This document shows positions 12,420 to 21,168 of a DNA stretch of 64,000 nucleotides, piece by piece (the first letter of the stretch is position 1; the number at the start of each line of letters is the position of its first letter). Made by a program: the position numbers and the translations under genes. The notes beneath the pieces were generated by a model. That model saw only the letters and a program-made list of their open reading frames with translations. It ran no database searches and had not been told where the DNA came from. This DNA is from Eukaryota sp. TZLM1-RC (lineage: Eukaryota > Protista > Metamonada: BaSk clade): positions 1,736,001 through 1,800,000 of the forward strand of contig JAUPSS010000002.1 in the NCBI GenBank assembly GCA_040285825.1. Direction: 5' to 3'.

Positions 12420-13679
12420 ATGCGAAATTTCACGATATTGTTGTTAGTCAAAGCAGTTGTTCGTTCAATCAAGGGGGTTTGTAGATTCGAAAAATTCGTA
12501 AAATTTCACAATTTAATTCCCTTATTCAGTACAAACACGTTACCAAGGGAAGTCACAACACCCGTTTCTTTCTTCCCATTTCTTTCCTTCTTTGACGAAG
12601 AACCTTATCGAAATCGTCGTTCTGATTCTTCCGTGGGGGTAGAGTATTGCACTTTTTTGAGTCATCATGTGAGTCATGATTTGGGTGCTGTTGAATCAGC
12701 CATGGTGCTAATCACCTTGGACATGGGATGCTCTTCTTCTTCTTCGTGTTTTGTTTTGAATTGTTATTTTGATGTTATTGAGTTTGTTGTTTTTCATGGT
12801 TTAGCTATTTGTACTGTAGATATGGGATGTTGTTCTGGTTTGTGTTTTGTTTTACATTGTTGTTACTTTGATGTTTTTGATTTTGTTGATGTTTTTGGTT
12901 TAAGTACTTGTACTTTGAATATGGGATGTTTTTCTTGTTTGTGTTTTGTTTTGAATTGTTGTCCTGATGTTTTTGGGTTTGTTGTTTTTCGTGGTTTACG
13001 TACTTGTACTGAAGATGTGGGATGTTTCTTTTGTATATGTTTTGTTTTACATAGTTGTTTTGATGTTTATGAGTTTGTTCATTTTTGTGGTTTAGATTCT
13101 TGCACTTTAGATATGGGATGTTGTGTCTTAAATTGTTATTTTGATAATGTTGAGTTTGATTATTATGTTTATTATTTATCTTTTCTATCCAGAAGCTGCC
13201 AACATCTTCTATCAACAAACCCATTTACTGTTGATTTAACAATTGATGGAGATGTTGAAGCAAATCCTGGTCCCAGAAAGAGAAGATCTAATTTTGAATC
13301 AACTCCTCCATCAAAAATTATTAGAAATGCGATTTTTGACCAACAAACATCAAAGCGTAAGCGAAAAAAACAACAAAAAGCACTGAATCGAGAAATTTGT
13401 ATTGAGAATACAATGTTGAGTATTGAGAACAGGCAGATTTTGACAAAAAAACCATTGAAACCGAATAAGGTCAAAAAAATTGAGCCAAGTCGTAGTGGTT
13501 TCAAGCCTGATCCATTGATTCAATTCAAATCAATGACCTCAAATCAACATCTTCCATTGTTATGCGCTTTGATCTTGAAACATATCAGGATGGTCATCTT
13601 TATCAAAATCATGATGGCCAATTTCTCCCTCCTGACGAAATCATCAACAAAAAGAGAAAAGAGGGTGCAAATCTTTTGA
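12420..13679 (+). CDS. Leader ORF of Fanzor-A element: Cys-rich repeats, 2A StopGo peptide, basic NLS-like region
   Basis: 419-aa ORF with ~4.5 repeats of DMGC..CFVL.C.FDV..FV.F.GL.TCT, then DLTIDGDVEANPG/P, then RKRR and KRKRKK. It overlaps the exonuclease-Fanzor ORF, which is in the -1 frame. Confidence 0.6.
   Translation: MRNFTILLLVKAVVRSIKGVCRFEKFVKFHNLIPLFSTNTLPREVTTPVSFFPFLSFFDEEPYRNRRSDSSVGVEYCTFLSHHVSHDLGAVESAMVLITLDMGCSSSSSCFVLNCYFDVIEFVVFHGLAICTVDMGCCSGLCFVLHCCYFDVFDFVDVFGLSTCTLNMGCFSCLCFVLNCCPDVFGFVVFRGLRTCTEDVGCFFCICFVLHSCFDVYEFVHFCGLDSCTLDMGCCVLNCYFDNVEFDYYVYYLSFLSRSCQHLLSTNPFTVDLTIDGDVEANPGPRKRRSNFESTPPSKIIRNAIFDQQTSKRKRKKQQKALNREICIENTMLSIENRQILTKKPLKPNKVKKIEPSRSGFKPDPLIQFKSMTSNQHLPLLCALILKHIRMVIFIKIMMANFSLLTKSSTKREKRVQIF
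12718..13160 (+). repeat. Degenerate 96-99 bp tandem repeat (~4.5 units, G/T-rich)
   Basis: Recurrent (g)atatgggatgtt...gtgttttgtttt units near 12720, 12819, 12918, 13014 and 13110. Confidence 0.85.
13233..13274 (+). other. 2A-like ribosomal skipping (StopGo) peptide
   Basis: Encodes DLTIDGDVEANPGP. The core D-V-E-x-N-P-G-P at 13251-13274 is an exact match to the 2A consensus D(V/I)ExNPGP. Confidence 0.85.
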
Positions 13680-16574
13680 AAAAGAAAACTGATGAGCAAA
13701 TGGGTGAGTGGATTTCAGATCAAAAAGTGTTGTTAATTTCGATTGTTGTTGGTAAATTTGATCGCCATAATTTCTTTTTGGAGAGTAAATATTCACTTAT
13801 ATTGAGAATGAGTCCTCAAATCAGATTACCAGACATTGATATGGATGTTCAGGCAGAAATATTCTCTGACGAAAAAACCTTGCTTCGTAGGTTTTTAAAC
13901 ATTATTGGTAATCATCAACCTCATTGTTTTCTTAATCACAATTTAATGCAATTTGATTTACAGGTTTTGAAAAATCGATTAAATTATTTTGATTTACCAT
14001 TTCCCACTGTTCCAGATGATACAGCAATTGATGTACGCAATCAACTTTCACCAAGATGGAGAGAAGTTGTCATCAGGGAAAATGGCTTTTTTCTTTTAGA
14101 TACTTTGGTTCTTGCCAAAAAATTCATAAAAATACCCTACGGACATGGATTAGGCAATCTGGCATATAAAATGATAAATGAAAAGAAAATCAAACTTCAT
14201 CAGCAATTTTCCCATATTTTGCCAATTGATTGTTTAGCTACTTCTCCTCTGATACAAAAATCGATTCAATATGGGCTTCATGATTGTATCCTTTGTCTGA
14301 AACTTTTCGTGCTGTTTCAGAAAGACAAATTTATTTTATCATCTTATAGAACCATTCGAGCAACCGTCAACTCAATGGTTAAACATTCGAATGTGATACT
14401 CAAATTGAGAGAAACTGCTTTAAAATTTCAACAGTTACGTATTCACACCACTTGTTGCTTAAAGCTGTATTTACAGTCTTGTTTTGAACGTAATTTGTCA
14501 TTACCACGAATATCTGCCCAATTATATGAATCATTAATGGCCAGAATTCGTTATATTTCAGCTGAGTATTATGGGCAAGAAATGGTGAAACCAAAGAGTG
14601 CATTTCCACAGGATTTTGAAGACTTTGTTTATGGTGAAGGAGATTATAGATTATCGACCACCTTTGAACAACAAAAGTTGAACAAAACATTGAGTTATGT
14701 AGACCATTTGAGATATAGGCCTGAGTTTTTTCCACGATTTCCAACTGATGGCTTCAGTAGACCACCTCAGTATATGGCCCCAGTAATGTTTACCAATTTT
14801 GAAAACAATTTGAAATTAAATTATGAAAAACATATTAATCGATTTATTAATGTTTACTTTGACAAACCAGATGTGGAACATGTGTTAGCAGAAATGCACA
14901 AGCTGGGTGGATACTCGACGCCATTATCTACTATAATTTCACTATATAGATTTAGGCTTCGTCAATTCAAAAATTTGTTTTTAGTTGATGATAGAGATTG
15001 CTTGAGTTCTTTGTTTCATCATCCTGAAAATATTTCAGACCTTCTGAATGATGAATTTTTCGATTTATGTGAACAACATGATATAGGGAATAATGAATTT
15101 AGAGACATATTTGAAGGTCTTATTGAGCCTTTTACTTGCCAAATTGAGAATTTGGTCACTGACGAGAATTTAGTTGATAACATATTTCCAGTGGATATAC
15201 ATTTTCTTGCAGACACTGTGGAAACAGATCCTCAAATATTCCTAAAACCAGCAATTACAATTGCACAATATATCTCCAGTAGAGAGAGAAAACCTTATCA
15301 AATTTCTCCCGTTTCAACCACTGTAGGCCCTGGATATTTTCCCATTGATACAAGAACACTATGGAGAATTGTTAAACAAACATTGATGGACGATTTATCA
15401 TCTACACAGACGCTGAAAATGTCCAATACACTAGCCCAAATTACGAAATTCAAACCACCTCAGCAATTTGACTTTTGGTCTAATATTCTCGATTTAAATC
15501 AACCAATGTTCAAACAGAAGAGCTATAAATTCAACAACATTATACACACAGACGGATTTAATATTGCAGTAGAATTTGTTCGTCGGGATTTACAAGGTCA
15601 GAAATGTAAGCCAGACAACAAGGCTAGTATTTCTGATTTATATATTGATGATGTTGATGTTGATGCTTTTCAAGACAAACGAATTGTTGTTTGTGATCCT
15701 GGAAAACGTGATTTATTGTATTTTGGGAGTAAAAAGACTGATCAAGAACTAGCCATGGTGCCTGAACATGAAACTGAACAGCAAAGAAATAGTCGGGTGA
15801 TGAATCAAGACAAGAAGTACAAATGGTTGAGAATGACTCAGATGTCCTGGTCTTTGAAAAGCAGGATGAATGAAAAACAAAAACGATGGGCAACAAAGTA
15901 TACTGAGGTAGATTACGACAGGAACCAAATGATAGAGTCTAACGAAATGACTATTGAAGATGCAAACACCGAATTATCAGCATTTGCTGCAAATTCGGCG
16001 ACTTTTATAAATTTTTCCAACTTTGTGATTGCCAAACTTCGGCAAGTTTGTTTTGACAATTGACTTTTACAGTCTTGACTTGTGGAGCATTCATAAAATG
16101 CAAGCTTTTATTCACAAGCAAAAGGCTGAAAGTTGGTTGTTAAAAAGCCTTGTTCAGCAGTTTGGCAACCCGAAAGACACTTTAATACTAATGGGTGATT
16201 ATGGTAAAAAAGGTTTTAAAAATTTGAAACATCATAGACCTACTCCAGGCATTGGATGGATTCAATTTCCGAAAAGGAATGGATTTGAAGTATTGATGAT
16301 TAATGAAGTGTTCACTTCAGCAAAATGTCCTGTTTGTTTTGAAAAGGTTGCTACGTTTTTGAGAGTAACAAATCCCAGAGTCTATAGAAGAGAAAGGACT
16401 CCTGTTACCACATGTAATGGTTTATTAGCTTGTATTAGTGAGAGTTGCAAACTCAGTAACCAAAGCTCAACAATGCTTTTCAATAGAAATAAGCTGGCTT
16501 GTCTGAATATGTTTGCAATTGCTGAAGCTAGAATGAGTGGTAATGAAAGGCCTCAGTATCTGTGTAGTAGATAG
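13562..16574 (+). CDS. PolB-type DEDDy 3'-5' exonuclease-Fanzor (TnpB-like) fusion, family A copy 1; +1 frame break near 16045-16063
   Basis: ExoI FDLETY, ExoII NHNLMQFD, ExoIII YGLHD. Fanzor motifs PIDT, IHTDG, RuvC-I VCDPGKRDL, GDY, RuvC-II INEVFTS, Zn finger CPVC..C, RuvC-III NRN, C-terminal RPQYL. Confidence 0.85.
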
Positions 16575-16631
16575 TTTTTGTAATTATTCCACACGAAAAT
16601 TGATCGTGTATTTATGGGAATTTCCCACAGA
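16540..16631 (+). ncRNA. Putative omegaRNA scaffold / right end of Fanzor-A copy 1
   Basis: Conserved in all three A copies past the stop codon. Hairpins ACACGA/TCGTGT and TGGGAA-T-TTCCCA; conservation ends abruptly after them. The 5' boundary is a guess. Confidence 0.6.
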
Positions 16632-16693
16632 ACTCAGTCCCTCTACATTAGTGTAAGAAGGACACTTATTTCATTGTTATAGACAATATCTGT
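16631..16693 (+). repeat. 63-nt motif shared with 25231..25292, ending 4 nt before a host ATG
   Basis: Contains a 28-nt identical core, aaggacacttatttcattgttatagaca. Confidence 0.85.
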
Positions 16694-16697
16694 GAGA

Positions 16698-17450
16698 ATG
16701 AATCGATGTATACATGACTTGGAATTAGAGTTCTTTCGACTTGAGACAGAGATTAACCACACAACCTCACTTCTTGAAGCTGAATCAACAGGAGATGATA
16801 GTCCAGTTTCGCTTCTATATCGTTTGAAAAAGTGTAAACAAGATCTCGAAACAGCAAGCAATGTGGTTAATGATGTCGATAGTCTGCGTAATGAACTGAT
16901 CGCTGTAACTCAACTCTTTCTAGCCAATTCTCAACGTCTTTCACTTATCCACAATGCACTTTCTCCTTCCTCCGAATCTCAGTCAATCCAGGAGTCTATA
17001 CAACAAGCCCAAGAGCACTTTACTGCTTTGAATGTAGGACTTTCTTCATTAGACGTTGCAACAAATCAACAAAATATTCATCCTACCTCTACTCAACCTA
17101 CTGTTTTAGAGCAACCATGTAGTTCCCAGTCTGTTAGTTCTCCTCTCGATTCCACCGAGGCTCTTCCTAGCAGAGATGATGGAGCCTTCATTCCCATTAC
17201 GGATGAGGAGTTTACCAGCATTTCCTCTATTGTTAGGGGTAGAACTAAGTTGTCAGACTTGAATGAACTTTATAAAAACTTATTTGATTTATTTGAAGGA
17301 GGAAAAAAGAAGGGAAAGATTCTAAGTCATGAAAAAGCATGTAAAATGGGATTGAAGGTTACCGGCCAGACTGGAGAAGCTCGATTAAATACTTTAAGGC
17401 AATTGAAAATTTTATCACTTAGTAAGAAAGGTATTAGTTGGAATTGTTGA
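16698..17450 (+). CDS. SKA2: Spindle and kinetochore-associated protein 2-like
   Basis: N-terminal LELEF..E.EI....LE.E...PVSLL..L coiled coil plus C-terminal ITDEEF..I...VRGR.KL...L..LR.LK winged-helix typical of Ska proteins. First ATG at 16698. Confidence 0.7.
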   Translation: MNRCIHDLELEFFRLETEINHTTSLLEAESTGDDSPVSLLYRLKKCKQDLETASNVVNDVDSLRNELIAVTQLFLANSQRLSLIHNALSPSSESQSIQESIQQAQEHFTALNVGLSSLDVATNQQNIHPTSTQPTVLEQPCSSQSVSSPLDSTEALPSRDDGAFIPITDEEFTSISSIVRGRTKLSDLNELYKNLFDLFEGGKKKGKILSHEKACKMGLKVTGQTGEARLNTLRQLKILSLSKKGISWNC

Positions 17451-17803
17451 TTAGATTTCTTTCATTTATAATTATTTTGTTTCTAATTGTATAGATTTAC
17501 TTGGTGAGTTTGGCTTTTTTGTGTTTATTTTCTGATTTTGCTTTAAGTGGAAAGCCAAGAAAAATCTTCTATCCATTCAAAAAAGGTTACTAATAAATTT
17601 TTCATAATATAACTCTAAACTTTCTATTCTATATTCAATGCGAATCTTTGTTGACAATTAAGGAAATAGGTGAGTGAGTAATGTTTAGGGTACTGTGCAA
17701 TTGGTCTTCAGTGATCATCATTAATATCTGTAATTGGGTGATATGTCATATAGAGCTTTAATCAGAGGAACAGTTTCAAGGGTATCATTTCTACTTCATA
17801 CTG

Positions 17804-18493
17804 ATGGACTACATCACTGCTGCGTTGTTCGTTCCCATCATTCAAGTATTAAATCTTGCATGTCTAACAATATTGTCATACTCAAATGATGATACTCAAC
17901 TGATCAAAATGATATCTCACCTTGCAGGCGAGAAACTCAGCTATCGATTATTTCTCTGCTTCAATAGTTTTGTTTTTGTACTTAATTTAGGCGTCAACCA
18001 TGAGATACTATTTAGGCTATCTAAAAGGGTAAGCAGTTCAGCTACCAATAGTCATCGTGAATACCGTTATCATCTATGGTACTTTGGCCAGTCTGTTATC
18101 CCCAAGCTTTCTTTTCCCTTCTTATTAGCTCTTTCAGTGTTCGACAACGATTCTTATGATATTCTTCATGACTATTTGGTGTACTTATTAGTTGTTCCTG
18201 GTTATCTTCAAATCACCATTGTCACCTACGTTTTAACACAGTGTTCAAAAGATTCTCCATCTTTTACTAGTAAAGTAACCCCCACTTCTTTAAGAATCAA
18301 GCGCTACTTGACCTTATTACTTCTTTCTTCAGGAATAATTTATTTAATAAGTTCATGTTTTATTGACACTCGCCATCCTAGAGACTGTCCTGCATATACG
18401 ATTTCAAGCCTTGGTCAATGGGGAGTTTGGTTAGCGGGATTTTTTTGGCACGGAAGCTGGTATTTCGAGCTAAAAGTATTGAATCGTGTTTAA
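17804..18493 (+). CDS. Frag1/DRAM/Sfk1-like membrane protein (paralog)
   Basis: Multi-TM; ISHLA, FDN..Y...H and S.GQW motifs shared with 19994..20725. Confidence 0.6.
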   Translation: MDYITAALFVPIIQVLNLACLTILSYSNDDTQLIKMISHLAGEKLSYRLFLCFNSFVFVLNLGVNHEILFRLSKRVSSSATNSHREYRYHLWYFGQSVIPKLSFPFLLALSVFDNDSYDILHDYLVYLLVVPGYLQITIVTYVLTQCSKDSPSFTSKVTPTSLRIKRYLTLLLLSSGIIYLISSCFIDTRHPRDCPAYTISSLGQWGVWLAGFFWHGSWYFELKVLNRV

Positions 18494-19630
18494 TTTAAAA
18501 TCGATTGGTCTTTTTTAGATTTTTACACGTCTTTTTGTTTTGTCCTTTTTGATCAAATGACAAATTTTGTTAACCATAATTTCTTCAAACTTCGTGGTAG
18601 GAGACATCTGTAAAGCTATAATCGAGGACAAGCAATTTGACTGTTAAGTAATTGTCTTCCACCAAATTGTAACATTCAAAAACTGGGTTAAATCAATGTA
18701 GTGATTTTTGAGAGTATTATTCCAGAGTAGTAGATTGAGAAAGCAGTGTGTTTTCTTTCAGTCTGCGTTCTGCCAGGAGAAATTGTTTGTGATGTGAGAG
18801 AGAAATTCAAATGTTTGTTGAAACTTTTTGTAAACAATAGTGTTCTTTTGACCAGGTTAAAAGTTGAACATGATGATATTGGCTTGTGAGTTATTGCTAC
18901 ATCTTTATTTACAATTAAAAATATAAAATCGAATCAATGACGTATCATTGTCAAGAAACTTAGACTAAGAGATCAATCATATGATAAGTTGCCAATAACA
19001 AATTGTCTGATAAGTAGATTTATTAAAGTCAAAATGAAGACATAAAAAACACAAATACTGATCAAGAGACGGGTTAATAATTGTTCGAAAACCGTTTTTG
19101 ATAAAAGAAAGGATTTTTCCTTTTTTGAAAAACAAACCGAATATATATACAAAATTAATTCACGATTGAAAAATAAAACAAAAATTTCAGGTTTTTTAAT
19201 TATTACTGATTCAACGGGTTCAAGTTTCAGTTTTTTAAATTTGGGCAAGAAAAAACCTAAACCTAAACCTAAACCTTCACAGGCCTGTAATTGAATACAA
19301 TGTACAAAGCAAGAGTAGTTAATGTGAAAGTGTTCACTGGTTACAAATTTCGAACTATGAATTTGATAGAAGAGATTACAACAAAGCAGTGGAACATAAA
19401 TAGCATATAGTGCTATGTTAACATGGAGGAATGTTAAAACTTTGGCTTCCATGCGGAAATCTGCGCTGGAACAGATTTCAGGTCTCAGTAAAATTTCTGC
19501 GAGAAACGTTTTGACCTAGAGCATATTCGAGTTCAGCTTTGAAAGACAAGCAGTGATAACATTAGGTGACCAAATGAACACTTTGTGTTAGGGAAATGCT
19601 TAGAAGCACATTTGTTGAGGGAGAAATAGT

Positions 19631-19881
19631 GTCCTTACCTAGGTTTTGCTTCATTTCAGAGAGACATAGTCTCTCGGAAAGCGTAGGAATTAGGCATGGT
19701 CAAAGCACGGAGCAAGCTCGACATGCTGGTTTACTATACGATACTACACTTAACGATCTGCGTAAACATAAAATGACGCCGTTACTGGTGCAAGTGATCA
19801 GGAAAATGAACTTTATTAAAAGATTTGTTTTGAATGTCCAATTGTTTCCAACAACTTGCGGCGGCGGATGTAGATGATGTT
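19631..19881 (+). repeat. ~250 bp dispersed duplication, copy 2
   Basis: Near-identical to 5893..6143; lies 112 bp upstream of the ORF at 19994. Confidence 0.9.
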
Positions 19882-19993
19882 GCCATAGCCTTAAGGTCAT
19901 AGTCTTATGTGTTGATCTGCTCGATCTTTAATATCATCTACAAGGTTAGTATTATTCAACTAACTTTGGTATTTTCTTTTTTCTGTTTCTTAC

Positions 19994-20725
19994 ATGTACA
20001 GATTTAGAAGATTTATACCTCCTCTAGTTTTCATCTTACAGTCAATTTCTCTTGTTCTTATCGTTATTGCAGCATCAATCACCGACACTGTTTCTGGAAC
20101 TATTGGTTTTATAAGTCATCTTGCTGATAGCTACGGTGCTTACATTATTTTTGTTGTATTCAACTCACTTGCTTACTTCCTTATTCTATACATTCATCTC
20201 TATGTTTGGAGGAACGTACTCAACTTTTGGGATGGGAACAATTGGGAATTTACTGGCAAACCAGGAGTCCTGCGTAGTCTATGGACCTTTGCTGAACTTA
20301 TTATTCCCATTTTATTTTATCCATTTTTACCCCTTTTGGCTATCTTTGACAATGAAGAGTATAGTACTGCACACAACATCTTTGTCTATTTATGGGGCTA
20401 TCCAACATTCTTACAAATTCTGATAACTACCTGGCTGCTCAATAAGGCCCTTGTCAGTAGAACTCGATGTTCAAGGGTAACGAATAGGATCTCAGTTTTG
20501 CTGAAACAATTTCTAATATTATGGCTAGTGTTTTGGGCATTAATTTATATTATTTTTAGTATTGCATTTAACACACAAGATGATCCTGATGCTGGACTGA
20601 GATTTGGATATATAGTTGCCTCCGTAGGGCAGTGGTCAGTATTTCTTGGAATTTTTGCCTGGCATGCCACTTTCTACTATGAAATATCTAGAATTGATGA
20701 TATGCGGTATAATCTTCTTGATTGA
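19994..20725 (+). CDS. Frag1/DRAM/Sfk1-like membrane protein (paralog)
   Basis: Multi-TM; FISHLAD, FDNEEYSTAH and SVGQW motifs. Confidence 0.6.
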   Translation: MYRFRRFIPPLVFILQSISLVLIVIAASITDTVSGTIGFISHLADSYGAYIIFVVFNSLAYFLILYIHLYVWRNVLNFWDGNNWEFTGKPGVLRSLWTFAELIIPILFYPFLPLLAIFDNEEYSTAHNIFVYLWGYPTFLQILITTWLLNKALVSRTRCSRVTNRISVLLKQFLILWLVFWALIYIIFSIAFNTQDDPDAGLRFGYIVASVGQWSVFLGIFAWHATFYYEISRIDDMRYNLLD

Positions 20726-21026
20726 TTGAATTATTGAACGATTAACTGCTTTGGTTGTCCTCAACATCCAATTTAATTTGGGACACATTGTTGATCTTGT
20801 TATGGTAATTCTTTGTGTCGATTTTTTCTTCAAATTCTTTAAATATTATGGTTTATTCTTTCAATTTAATAGCACATCAACTCTGGGCACTTTAACAGTT
20901 GATTTGATAGTGGACAGTGGCAGAATGAACACAAGGCAAATAGGAGCCCGGGTAACCTCTCAAATATTGGGGAACTCGGTTTCTGAAGTGAAGATGGTCG
21001 ATAATAGATGAACAGTTAGTTAATAC

Positions 21027-21168
21027 TGTTGTTGTTACTGATTAACTAACTTGGTAGAAAGATGAGGAATTTACATTATGACGTGGCACTTGTTCAAAAA
21101 CAAGTATTTCTATTAATAAACCTCTTTTTCTCTCTTTACTTCTTTGGTATTTCTGCCTAACGGCATCA
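21027..21168 (+). mobile_element. Solo LTR related to the mini-LTR element
   Basis: TGTTGTTGTT...tattaataaac...tctgcctaacggCATCA has the same termini as the 22886 LTR. Flanks ATAC/ATAG give a 3-of-4 TSD match. Confidence 0.8.

Noticed and set aside
12718-13160. CRISPR array
   Set aside because: The units are whole degenerate repeats with no unique spacers, and there are no cas genes.
16042-16072. 31-nt GC-AG intron that would repair the Fanzor-A frame break
   Set aside because: Only copy 1 has GCAAGT (copies 2 and 3 have CCAAGT), the 3' end does not fit CTNAY(C/G)ATAG, and splicing would delete residues that align with family B.
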